64,000 nt of DNA from Schmidtea polychroa (taxonomy: Eukaryota). The DNA lies in assembly GCA_044892525.1 (NCBI GenBank), contig CM097885.1:18416001-18480000 (forward strand). Reading direction: 5' to 3'. A model generated the notes under the pieces. The model had not been told where the DNA came from and did no database searches. It saw only the letters and a program-made list of their open reading frames with translations. The translations under genes and the position numbers were made by a program. Of the stretch, positions 1-44,280 are shown piece by piece (the first letter of the stretch is position 1; the number at the start of each line of letters is the position of its first letter).

Positions 1-1418
1 ATTTTATTCAGTAAAATCAATAAAATATTTAGTTTTTATTTATTCATTTTATTTATTCATTTTATTTATTCATTCGTTACGAAAAAGTATTGAATTCAAT
101 TTGGACTTTTTCATGTCACTTATTTTGAAATAACTTTTTTGTATCGAATTGGCTCTAGTTTTTCAGATAATAGGTGCCTATCGTTTGTATTACATGATTA
201 TAATAATAATTATATATAAATCATTATATATAAATATAATTAAATTTATGCGAATTCTGTGTCATTCATTGGAAAACTATAAATAATAGCAGTTAATGTA
301 ATATTCTTTATAAATTACATTGCATAGCATATTATATATTTTATAGAATACAATACATTCCCTTAGGATGGTTTAAAAAACTAATTATAATTTATTAGAT
401 TTAATTAGTTATATGTTTATTTTGTGGTAATTCAAATAGAGTTAATGAACCGATTTCACAAATTTCCACATTTTGCAGATAAAGACATAATTATCTCAAA
501 ATATAAAGCCAATCAAGCATAACGACTGCCAGATTCGCATTTGTCGTATTGAAATTACCCAAAATTAACTTTAAGATCAGCGACAATAAAAATTGTTTTG
601 ACTAATGTTATCAATAAATTTTTTTAATTAAATGTTCGAAAGCTTAATAAATATGCAATAAGAATTAAAGTTATAAATGATACATTAATACCACATGATC
701 ATATTATCTATTAAAATAAATAATGTGTATCGATGTGTTAATATTTGTTTATTTGTTTATATGTATCAACACAAGAGACTGGATCATTATGATTAACCTA
801 GGATGATTTGTTATGTCAATTCACAATTACAATAACATATTTATTTCAGTTATTTATTCATTCTTTTATAATTAATTCAAGCATGTTGGTTCTAATGGCA
901 ACGTTTGATTTCATATATATTTATTACGTCTCAAAGCATATTTTAACACTAAATTTACGGGTAAAAATACCCGTAAAAATAAGTATACCTTATTCGATAT
1001 GCGAAATGAAGGACTCAGTAGAGGAGAGTAATTAATATTTACCTATATTTCATGACGTATCTAAAAACTAAAATATGGAATTTTTTTTTAAATGAGTCAA
1101 ATTGGCTCAGTCCGCAAATCTAGTGCTAATAAGCAAGCTCAACAAGTAGAAATGGGCCTTATTAATATTTTTAAAATTCTTATTTTTATTCATAGCTTAA
1201 TTTGATTTTTTCACGATTAATTAAAACAAATATTTGAATATAATTTGGAGAATTCAATAACATATTTTCACATTCTGAACGATGTCAACATACTGCAGTA
1301 TAAAATATATGATCCAAATATAATCCAAATTGAAATTTCGGAAATCAATAATATTCAAGTTGCAATCGATATTTTTGGAAATTGCTGATGCCATAAATGC
1401 TGATGATTTTATTAATGA

Positions 1419-1737
1419 CTAACTGGGATACCCGGCGTTGTCCGGGAAATATAAGTTGTGTTGTAAAATTGTTTTCTTTCAGTAAAAACACTAATTGCAC
1501 CAATGAATATAACCACAAAATAAATAAGAAGAAGTTGAAGAGTTCAACAAAAAATCTTACCACTATGCTGTTTACTAATACTTTGTAAATCTGTAAATAA
1601 GGTATTCCACGCGGTCAAAATTTAGCCTATAATCTTGGCTTGGGTAAAAAAGGAAGATGTTCAAAATTTGATTGGGATATCTTCAGAAATTTGAATTTGT
1701 ATAGCGAACATAGAGACAGATTATATATTATATTAGA
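1419..1737 (-). mobile_element. Non-autonomous Helitron
   Basis: Minus strand begins TCTAATATAAT (1737). It ends with hairpin CCCGGacaacgCCGGG followed by TTAG (CTAG variant) at 1419. It sits between A and T with no TSD. Confidence 0.6.
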
Positions 1738-2363
1738 TATATTATTCCTGGAAATTAAATGATCCTTTCCATCTCTGATAATTTAGAAAGAAAATAAATT
1801 GCGAAAGAAGTTCAAAATCGTAGTGATAGATTTGGTAATCAGATTTGTGATACTAAATCAGACAATGAAGATATTGAAGAAGTAGAAAGTGAATTAATAT
1901 TATATTGTTAGGAAACAAAAGGTTTTATAACGCAAATACCGAGCCAAATATTCTCATCGCAATATCTGCGTTAGAGGTTTCTAGAATAATATTTAGAAAA
2001 CGAAAATAACCAACTACTTTTTATTTAAACATTTTATTTTTATTAAACTTTCCTTTAACCGTATAATGTTACCATCTTTTAATTATTCCCCAAAATATGA
2101 AAATTATTTATATATCAATTGTGACTAATTTGGTTTCCAAACCTTGCATCTAGGGCCCAAAGACCAGAAAAGATTAAATGAAAATGGCGAAAATTTGACG
2201 TGACATATGCAAATGAATGATTCAATGAAATGCTGAAAACAATAATTTATGAAAATGTTGACGCGATTAAATATGTTTCACTAAAAATAATGCCGAATGA
2301 ATAAATAATTAACATGAAGGTAATATGACAGTTAATATATGTAGCACATATTTATAGATTGTA

Positions 2364-32291
<29,928 letters not shown>

Positions 32292-35200
32292 TTGAAATTT
32301 TGATTTCAATATATTTAAAAAATAATAAAATTATTATCAAAAATTTGAAATAATAATTGCAGCCAATTGATTATTTTGATGAATTTAAATAAACATGAAC
32401 GAAATTAATTTTTATAATTATTATTTGTGAATTATTTCATATTTCAATTAATATTAAAATTGTATTTCAAAATTATGAATCCTTAGAATTAATATTTATT
32501 AGACATTATCTATACAATTAATTATTTAATAAAACTTATAAATATTATAATGTTACATTTAAATTGAAAAATTAAAAATAACTAATGCATTTATTTTATT
32601 AGAATATCATTTTAAATTGTAATTGAATTTAAAATAAGTTTGATTTATCAATTTTTTTACTAAAATTGTTGAGATGTTAGAATGTGTTTATCCTACAGCT
32701 TCGTGGGGTAATGGCTGTTGACCTAATTTTATTTCCTTCAATCATTATTTGGATCATTGCTGTGGCTTGGTTTAGCAAGTTAAACGCCAGGGGAAAATTT
32801 TGTAAAATGTCCCTGTGGGCCAAGATAAAAATTTAAAACATGGAATTTTGTTTTTTGTATAAACAAATTGAATAGCTGTTGATTGAAGTACAATATACTG
32901 ATATATGGTACAGCAAGCATACATGATCGCCATGGTCCTGGAAGTATGTGAGATCATTGCGGTCTTGTGCCGCGGTCACAAAAAAGTTTAAACTTGCAAA
33001 TACAATTGGTGTTACAGATCGCATGTGCACATACGAAGCAACCAACACATCGAATCATGAATACGCGGGTGGTCATTATGACCCCAATGGTGCTTAACCT
33101 ATTAATAATTAATTGAAAATTAAGTTCAATGGTTTTAATTTAAAAAATTTTAAGAATATTTTTATAATTTTTGATGGATTTAATAAGCATAAAGGTAAGA
33201 TATTAATTTAGGAAAATAAACAACCTTGTTGTTATTCAACACTTTGATGTTTTTCTAAATTTGTTTAATTTTTTGAATTTTATGTAGTAATTTTTCTTAG
33301 TAGAAGTCAGCAAATTCTGAAAGAAACTCTCTCTTTCATTAGGAAAAATTTGTCGTTCAGGTTTATAAATTTTAGAATAAATGATTTATAATTGACAAAA
33401 TTTTAGCCAGGTTGTCTGAACTATTTGTCATATTATCATTGTTTTCAAATTGTAAAGATGACGATATTTGTCTAAATCTATTGCGGATCATTACCCTGAA
33501 AAGATTGGTGCTTCCATAATCGAGTCCGTTGACTGTAGTATCTTTCAGAACTCTTCCCATTAGCAAAATTAAACTCAGTACTTTATTATCTTGGATTTTG
33601 TTACATTCTACCATTTTTGCCCATTTTCTGCTTTTTTAACTTTTCCACATTTTGCGAATGATAATGGTTAGTTTCAACTTGCAAATATCTTCCAGTGCTT
33701 CATCAAGCAGAATTTCCGATGTTCGTAAGGTTGAACGACGTTGAAAACGATTTTTCAACAGAGTCAAAAGATTTTATATTGGGTTTAGATGTATGCTTTG
33801 TTATGACCAAGATGAATATGTGTAGTGATTTTACAGGCGTTTTGAGTTTATTAGAAAAAACATTTATTAAAACATTATTTAATTAAACTAAAAAAACTTG
33901 TGGTTTAAACATTTAGTTTCTAGTTTCTATGAAATGTTATTTTGAAATTTTTAATATTAAGGAAGTAATTATAAATTATTGAAAAAATTATAATAACAGT
34001 TAAAAGATTTGTTTATTTTTTACAACCTAATTTAAATATCTTGTTGACATTACGTCATATTCCATTGTTACTATTATACTATTACTATTAAATCCCAACA
34101 TTACGAATCATATGAACTTTTAGCTGATAATTCGGAATTTCTTTTGAATTTGAAACTATATTAGAAGATTTTAATGAAGGCATTTCATCTATTTCTATTG
34201 GGAATTCTTGGATTTTCCATTTGTGAGCTGATGCAACATTTTCAAATAAGCAACGATAATATAATCCATTTAATTATCGATCTGAGCTTAAAGACATTCG
34301 TTATTATCGCATTATTAGTGTCATTGTGCGTCTATTTCATCATTAAAGAAATTTCTCCAGACAAAAGAACTCGCGATGGAAATTATACAGTACATGAGAA
34401 CTATAAATCATTAGAGTGAAAGTTCAATAGATTTGGATGACAAAAAGAATGAACCAAACGAATTTGTGGACAATAATACTCCAATATTCATTCAGTGAGA
34501 TCCCGTTAACAATTATCAAAATAATGAAAATGCCACTCGTCTATCTGGAATTAATTCACGCAACCATTAATTCCTCATCAACCAAGAAGGACCCAATCAC
34601 AACAATATGGAATACCCAGATGAAGACATTGTTCCATAGTCACATTTACGTGGTGTATGAGCCTCAGTACAAACAGGCAACTGCTACATAAAGAGCTTAT
34701 ATTGTGATTGGCTAACTAAAAGTTCACAAAGTTAAAGCTACCTATGCATAAAGTACACCTACCAACCTTATACTATAACATCCAATGGATTTCATTTACC
34801 ATTCTCACTCGTATTCAGTGACTTGTATACAATGCCACCAAATATTAATTTCTCTGCAATTGACTATTCTTGTCATTTTTATGAGTGTTGGGTAACTTTA
34901 CCAAGAGCGGTTTATATCAGTAGTGAACATGTAAAATTTAAAAATTTGGAGGAGTAGCAATAAGTTGGCCATAAATTTCGACCTTTCAAATGTTACAGAA
35001 ATATACAATATTTGATTAAAGTTGTATTGGTCTTAAAATCAAAGAATTCGAACCTATTTCGATGTAGAATTTGAATTTGTTAGAAAAACAACAGTTGTAA
35101 ACTTAATAAAACATTTAACAATGAAAGAAAAATTTATTTATTTAAATTTAGAATAAACTGAATAGAAATCAACTTTTCTGGATATATAAAAATATTTATA

Positions 35201-35648
35201 TATAACAATAAATAATTATTTGATAATAATAGTCAATCTTCAAAACATAAATGTGAACTGGAAAATATTTAGAAAATGTTTTCATTCTGAATGGGAGAAA
35301 ACCAGCAAAGAGGAATATCTTTATTGCATATTAAAAACAACACCTAATATAAAAAATAATATAAAAAATAATATTAATAATAATATTAATAATAATAAAT
35401 AATAATAATAATAAATAATAATAATAGTAATGATTAATAAAAATAATATTAATAATAATAATATTAATAAAAATAATAAAAATAATAAGTAGGGTAACAT
35501 GTGGACCCGGGAACAAATAACTATTATGTAATCGTTGACGTCACAAAGAAAATTACGTCATTATTTATTTTACGTCATTAGTTATTTTAAAACGGAGTTC
35601 ATTTAAATTATCAATATAAACATTAATTATATAGTTTAAATTTAAAAA

Positions 35649-36287
35649 ATGGAATTACGAAATGATGCAGTATACCAAATCGTTAGTCCAAGTGGTAGCG
35701 GAAAATCATTATTTGTTTGTAAATTACTAAAATCAAATTTGTTCAAAACAAAATTCAACAATATTTTATGGCATAGGGGCGCCGACGAAGAACATGGATT
35801 GACGCAATCAAGTTTCTGTCAATTGAAAAACATGAAAATAGTAAAGGGTTTTGATAAAAACGGGTCAAGACGTTTGAGGAAAGTTGATGTCATCATTATC
35901 GATGATTTGTATCAAGAAGCCAATAAAGAAAAGGATTTTAATAATTTATTCACAAAAATCAGCAGACATGTTGGTGTAACAGTTATTTTCATAACACAAA
36001 ATCTATTTCATCAAGGTGGTGCACATCGAACACGTAATTTAAATGTACAATATTTAGTTATTTTCAAGAATCCTAGAGATGCAACTGTCATTGATTTTCT
36101 TGGACGACAAGCATACCCTAATAACCGTAATTTTATTATCAATGCATTTCAAGATGCTACGAAAATACCACAAGGGTATATATTTCTCGATTTTGCACAA
36201 CAATGTCCTGATGATATATGGGTAAAAACAGATATTTTCAACCCAAAAGGTGCCATGGTTTATAAACAAAGTTCAAAACAAATTTGA
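35649..36287 (+). CDS. Polinton packaging ATPase (A32/FtsK-like)
   Basis: Walker A SPSGSGKS, Walker B IIIDD, then LFTKISRH..VTVIFITQNLF, LNVQYLVIFKNPRD and YIFLD. Confidence 0.9.
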   Translation: MELRNDAVYQIVSPSGSGKSLFVCKLLKSNLFKTKFNNILWHRGADEEHGLTQSSFCQLKNMKIVKGFDKNGSRRLRKVDVIIIDDLYQEANKEKDFNNLFTKISRHVGVTVIFITQNLFHQGGAHRTRNLNVQYLVIFKNPRDATVIDFLGRQAYPNNRNFIINAFQDATKIPQGYIFLDFAQQCPDDIWVKTDIFNPKGAMVYKQSSKQI

Positions 36288-36300
36288 AAACATATAAATA

Positions 36301-36795
36301 ATGTTTTCAAAAACAAGGATATCGAGTAAAAAACAACCAAAAGTTCCACCAACAACTAGTTATACTCCATCTAAAGAACTTATTACAGAAAATTTTCCTG
36401 CAATGAATCTTATTTCGAAAAATTCTAAACCTAAACCTAAAAATAAAACCAGTAAGAAAGTAAAAGTTGTTAAAAATCATCGGAGTTTCCCGTTTTTTAA
36501 TACATTGATAAAGGCACCAAGTATGAAAAGAAACAGTATTTTGCAATCATTTCCAAATTATGTTGTCGATGATTTACTCGATATTATACTTAAAGTAGTC
36601 AAAGGCAAGATTAAAATCAGTAAATCTAAAAAGCAATTATTGAGTAAACATAGGAAACCTTTGCTATCATTAGTAAATAATAAAAATCGTCAACCAATGA
36701 GAAAAATTATATATAAACAACAATGGGGATTTATCGGTGCATTGATACCTTTAACAATATCATTATTAGGTGGAATAATAGGAAATCGATCATAA
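36301..36795 (+). CDS. Basic Polinton protein with C-terminal amphipathic helix (putative core/membrane-lytic precursor)
   Basis: Lys-rich ORF ending QQWGFIGALIPLTISLLGGII, like the Q-x-G-G-F-L tails of conserved Polinton ORFs. Confidence 0.6.
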   Translation: MFSKTRISSKKQPKVPPTTSYTPSKELITENFPAMNLISKNSKPKPKNKTSKKVKVVKNHRSFPFFNTLIKAPSMKRNSILQSFPNYVVDDLLDIILKVVKGKIKISKSKKQLLSKHRKPLLSLVNNKNRQPMRKIIYKQQWGFIGALIPLTISLLGGIIGNRS

Positions 36796-36856
36796 ACAAT
36801 GGGTGCTAATCATTCATTACCCGACATTAAATTTAATATTAAATCTTATTGTTGTA

Positions 36857-37880
<1,024 letters not shown>

Positions 37881-37884
37881 AAAT

Positions 37885-38033
37885 TTTTAAATCAGAGTCA
37901 ACTACCACAAAACGGGAATTTACGACTGGATATAAATTTTGCAAAGGTCGTTACAGAACCGGTACATGTTATAATATATGGAGTATTTGAAAATGAAGTT
38001 CAAATTACTGCAAATAGAACCGTGCTAGTATAA
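37885..38033 (+). pseudogene. C-terminal fragment of a Polinton major capsid protein
   Basis: GNLRLDINFAKVVTEPVHVIIYGVFENEVQITANRTVLV* matches the typical Polinton MCP C-terminus pattern. It is joined directly to the integrase by a deletion. Confidence 0.7.
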
Positions 38034-38443
38034 ATGTATACAGAAATATAGAAAGTTGTCATGGAGTAAGTTTTTGGTACTGTTTTATTTTATTAAAGTA
38101 GTTCTGTTCAGGTTAATCGAATTTGAAAACAAATATTAGGAAATGATTTTTAGGAGTTTTTCCTCTCGATAAAATTCCATATTTGAGCAATAATCAAGCC
38201 ATAATCGTCAATACTCATTCGTCTCATCTTGGTGGAGAACATTGGATAGCTATATATGTGAAACCTAGTAATATATTCGTATTCGATCCTATGGGTTTCA
38301 ATTATCCTGCTTTGATGATATCAAAACTGCAAACAATTGGGAAACCTATTGTATATAGTAAAACTATGTTTCAAAATCCATTGACTCAAACATGTGGTCA
38401 ACACTGTTTGGCATGGTTGTTGTATAAAAAATTTGATGGTTAA
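38034..38443 (+). pseudogene. Adenain-type cysteine protease (5' part disrupted, probable intron ~38066-38111)
   Basis: GVFPLDKIP, IIVNT...GEHWIAIY, FDPMG, FQ...TCGQHC (H-D-Q-C residues). GTAAGT...TTCAG upstream, with a stop and a frameshift. Confidence 0.85.
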
Positions 38444-38796
38444 TAAATGTATACTGTATGATTTGTTTTTTATTTGTTGACAAAGATATATAATTAATTT
38501 AAAAAATATTATTATTATTTGTTAAATATTATTATTTTATGTTTAAAAATATTATGTCATACTATTACTTGTTCAGTACATGCACAGTGCAAAGTAACAA
38601 AGCACTGAGTAATAAAGACATGAACTTATAGGTCATTATTTCGTCATATAGTAAATGGTTTGTATAAACAAACATGTAGTATCTTTTGCTATCCTATCTC
38701 TATTTTCATTGGTCGGTTAATAAAACTTGTAATATCTCTCTTATATAGTCTACACTTTCATTTTTTCATCACTTTAAAAAAACTATTAACAACAAC

Positions 38797-39830
38797 ATGA
38801 ACAACAATATTCAAAGAGTTAACGAAAAAATCGTTGGAGGAATTAATGGTAAATTTATTATTTTATTATTTCATTATTTTTAATATGATTATTAGGTTCT
38901 AATCAACAAATTAATATGAATATCGCCGGACAAGATGTAGACTTGAATAGAATAAATGGTAATCGTTTACTATTATTGTTATTATTATTAATATTTTGCT
39001 TTTAGATGGAAACGTAATAAATACTTCTGCTGGTTCTGATGCTGAGAAATTTCTTTCGAAGGGACGAAAATGTAAGTGATTATTTATTATTATAAGTTTT
39101 TTATGTTTTTTAAATAATGAAAATTTTATATGAAAAGATTTATTTTTAAATATTAATGAAAATTTATATGAGAAGAAGATTATGAAAATTTATATGAAAA
39201 GAAGATTTATGAAAAGATATATTTATGAGAAGATTATTTATGAAAAGAAGATTTACGAGAAGATTATTTATGAGAATAATATGCAATTATTTATGAAGAT
39301 TATGAAAAGAAGATTATAAAGATTTATATGAAAAGATGATTATGAAAAGAAGATTATAATAATAATAATTTTTATAATTTTTATATTATTTCAAATCATA
39401 ATTCAATGCTTTTATGATACTATTTAAATATATTAGTTAAATTATATGATGTTTTTTATAAGATACTATTTAAAAGACAATTTTGAATAATATCTTATGA
39501 AAAAATATCTTAAACTTTGAAAATGATTATTAAAATTATCTTAATATATTTTAAACATTTTATGATAAAAATATTTTCATAGGTTTGAAATATCAAAACT
39601 TTTGCAATAGTCAATATCATAATGACTGTGATGATATAATGGAAAGCTATTTTAGCCATAAATATAACGGTGTCACCTACATCTTATGCCCTAAATGTGA
39701 GGTTATTGAAGTTATATCATATAAGGAATTTTTTAATAAGCATAGGCCCCATCTCCAACAATTTAAACCTTCTAAGAAATCTCTTTTCTTTAGCTTATAT
39801 AAATCGTTTGTTAACAGTAATAATATCAAC

Positions 39831-39862
<32 letters not shown>

Positions 39863-40037
39863 TGATATAAACGAAATAAATAATCTAAAAGATCAAGTAA
39901 ATAAATTAAATGATCAAATAAATAATCTAATTAATACGAATAAAAGAAAAAATAACGAAAAAATAAATTTAATACCAATTAAAAAATCTAAAAATATCGA
40001 TTTAATCACAATAATCACAAATCTCTGTGTTATGTAA
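38797..40037 (+). CDS. Four-exon Polinton B accessory gene, ~211 aa, Cys/His cluster + poly-Asn + coiled coil + basic tail
   Basis: Exons 38797-38848, 38896-38958, 39006-39071, 39583-40037. All three introns are GT-AG phase 1 and the frame stays open: MNNNIQRVNEKIVGG...KGRKCLKYQNFC...LCPKC...FFNKHRPH. Confidence 0.7.
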
Positions 40038-40251
40038 TATTCATTTGTTACGAAATACATGTTTATTACATAATATGTATTTGTTATGTAATATGGCTTT
40101 GTTACATAATATATCATTATTACGTAACATGTATCTGTTACGTATTTTTAGAAAACACTACTCCCGGAGGGTAGTGATACGACTTAATTTCCTTTGTGAT
40201 GTCATCGATTATGTAATGTATCTTTGTTCCCGGGTCCACATGTTACCATAC

Positions 40252-40297
<46 letters not shown>

Positions 40298-41405
40298 ATT
40301 AAAGAAACATTACAATGACTTAATTATTAAAAGGCACAATTGAAATACAGGTTTCATGATATACATCTTATTGTGCTTGATTACATTTTTGTAGTGGGTG
40401 TAGAATTGACATGCATAGATTATGTGCAACAAAGACAGATAATATGGACAATGGTAAGTTAAAAGTTATATTGTTTATTAAATTTACATTGTTCTAAAGT
40501 TTCGCAAAATATATATTTTCACGATAAACTTTTGATGTTTTTTTGAACTTCTCTGAGATTCAAAGAGTGATTTTTATTACAACAAACACTTGTCAGACAT
40601 GACTTGCAAAATAATTTGTTGTTTGAATTGACATTGAACTCGTTTGGTTAAGTACTGGCAACAATTTTTTTTTGAAACATGAGATTGTTAAGTTCTAGTT
40701 ATTTCTTACAATTATTTAAATAAGACACTTTAGAATTATTAAAAATCAAGATAAATCTGTTACAGTAGACACAGTGTAGGAAGATGAAAAAATATTTTAA
40801 AATTTTTTAATTGTAAACTTTAAAGAAAAAACAATTTCTTTAAATTTCTTTAAATTTTTTCATTTATGGGGTAAATTAATTTGATTTTTTTAATTTTGAC
40901 TTACTAAATTTTGAAAAATGATATGTTAATATGGTGCCCTATTAATAAGTCTAAAGCCTCAGATGGGTTGTGTTTTATCAATTTACATGTAATGGATTTA
41001 ATGTCACATACATTGGAGATTTCATATCATCTCTGAATTCGAAGTCTTGAACATTTTTAATTGAATGTATGGACCAAAATTAGTGAACACAATAAGGATT
41101 TTATGAGTAAAAATATTAACAATTTTTAATAATTATTGGGAACATAATTAAAAACAATTACTTGAAATTATTTCATTTTTCATACTTTCCAAATTAAGAA
41201 CCACATCGGTTGTCAAACGTATTCTTAATTTTTCGAGGTCTTCAGAAGTAGCACGTTTCTTGTTTAATAAATTTGAATACGTTAATAATTTGTCAGTTTT
41301 TTGATCAGTAAATATACTATAAAATTACATTTTAAATATATACAACAAATAGTTCGAAATCATGTTTATAAATCAATTTGAAATCAATGATAAATCACTT
41401 TTGGA

Positions 41406-42062
<657 letters not shown>

Positions 42063-42063
<1 letters not shown>

Positions 42064-43778
42064 ACCGGTATTACCGACATTTTTAATACCGTTCAATACC
42101 GGTATTAATGACCACTTAATACCGGTATCCGGTTTTAAATTTTTTTGCTGTAAGTTAACATTCATATCATTTTTATTTAACTATTTTATTTTTTATAAGT
42201 AATTAGCATATGTTTAGGTATTGTCATGTTTAAAGATTAAATCTATTTTTGAAATTTACGTACAGGTGGCCCTACTGAAGTAATTTGTTTTTTTTTACAT
42301 TAAGAAAGAGCCTTTTTGTACGTTAATACACCAAAATTTAGAAAATGAACATTCTAATTGTAACGAAGATGATAACCAGTATACAAGTGATGAAAATGAT
42401 AGTGATCTTGATGATAATAGTTTATCCATACTTCAAGAAAACAATGCAATTGACTGTTTACTTATTCATGAACAGATAGGTCCATTGATTAAAAAAATAA
42501 GAAAGGTTGTGAAGCTATTCAGACGTTCGCCAATGAAAAATGATAAAGCTTTACAGAAACATGTTAAAGAACAATTTGGAAAGGAACTGAATTTAATTCT
42601 AGATTCTAAAACACGTTGGAATAGCTTACTTGCCATGCTAGAACGCTTTGTCCAGTTAAAGAACTGCATACAAAAGGCTTTGATTGATTTAAATTTAAAT
42701 GCCGACATATCATTTTCGGAAATTGATTTTTCTTTAGCATCATCAGTTATTTCAGTTCTTCTTCCAATCAAATTAACTGTTGAAGCTTGTTGTCGTCAAG
42801 ATGCTACTCTTCTTAGCGCAGATGCAGCTTTACTATTTATGTTTAATCGATTGACAGAACAGAATACTGCTTTAAGTAATGAATTCAAAGAAGAGCTAAT
42901 TATTCGTATAAAACAAAGGCGTACTGATTTATCGAGTCTACTACAATACCTACACAATCCTACTGAATCAGCAGATGACGACCAAAATGAAATTTTTAAT
43001 CGAATTAACAATGCAACAATTATAAAAATAATTATAAATTTATTGGAACGCTTATATACTATCGATGTCATCGATATTGAAAACATAGGAGCCTCTTCCA
43101 TCAACGTTTCTGAGTTATCTGCTGATTCTGAGCCATAAATTCTAAGTTCGATGACAATGAAAGAAAAACTAGAAATGGCAATTTCCAAGAAAGTTAATAT
43201 GATGATTTCTGCGAGTGGAATTTCAAAAACGATGAATTCTAAAGTACTTTATAAAGCTATAAAACAGGAACTTGCATACTTCGAAGTAGAACATATTAGT
43301 GGAAAATATCTTTAACTAGTATATGACTGCCTTATGTCCATACCACCAACTAGCGTCGAGTCCGAAAGAGCCTTTTCAGCAGCAGGGCTGTTGTGCACAA
43401 AAATTCGATACAGCTTAAGCGACAAAACTCTTGATAGTTTAACATTTTTGAGGGCATATTTTAAAGGCAAATCACAACAATAGGACATAGGACTTATTAT
43501 TCTTATATATTATTAATTATATTATTACTCTTTTTTTATTTTATATTTTTTTTGTCTTTTGTGGCACTTTAAAAAAAAGTTTATTGTTTCGAATTATTCG
43601 TTATTGAATTAAATATTTTATTTTCTTTATAAATATTTTATTTTCTATTTTTTGCGGTGTAGTTTTGCTTTTTTTTGTTTTTTCTTAAATACCGGTATTA
43701 ATACCGGGATCCCGGTATTAATATAATGAAATACCGAAATACCGGTTTTGAAAATTTGATCCGGTATTGCAAGACCTA
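42063..43778 (+). mobile_element. Deleted hAT transposon; transposase 3' half ~42340-43483 with internal stop at 43136
   Basis: LILDSKTRWNSLLAMLERF and CLMSIPPTSVESERAFSAAGLLCTKIRYSLSD. ATACCGGTAT subterminal repeats at both ends; right terminus CCGGTATTGCAAGACCTA. The left TIR tip is missing next to the ATT tract. Confidence 0.88.
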
Positions 43779-44280
43779 TTTCTAATTTAGTATTAATGAT
43801 TGAATATTTATTTATGATAAGAAATAGCCTGTATGAGATAAAAAAAGTGATCCCCCGGGAAGACGAGAGATGACGCCTCCTAAAAATTATTTATCTCGAC
43901 AGCTTTAAAAGATAATAGAAAAACTGGAGGTGACCGAAGGAATTTAAACTAAAGTCAATATCAGTAATTACTATTATATTGCAGACCATAAAAGGAATAT
44001 ATATCCCACCCCCCTCCCCTCTCCCGTAGGATATTTAGTAGTTTGTGAATGATCCACATAAATGTTTCTTTCATTAATGTTGATTGACAAAGCTATATGA
44101 TAAAATAACTAATAAAATTCATATTTACTTTGAGGAAACATCACTAGAGTGATCATAATAATAATATTTATTATTATTATTATTATTATTACTGAGTTGA
44201 ATTGGAAGTCTCTAAATGAAACAAAATAAATTCTAAGGAAATTGTGAAAATTATTGTTTTAAACTATTCTATAAACTTAC

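Noticed and set aside
32760..33840. Short ORFs upstream of Ena
   Set aside because: No recognisable motifs or consistent splice model.
34174..34925. Possible plus-strand membrane-protein gene
   Set aside because: Multiple in-frame stops after the first 81 codons and no recognisable family. It may be a pseudogene, but I cannot support a call.
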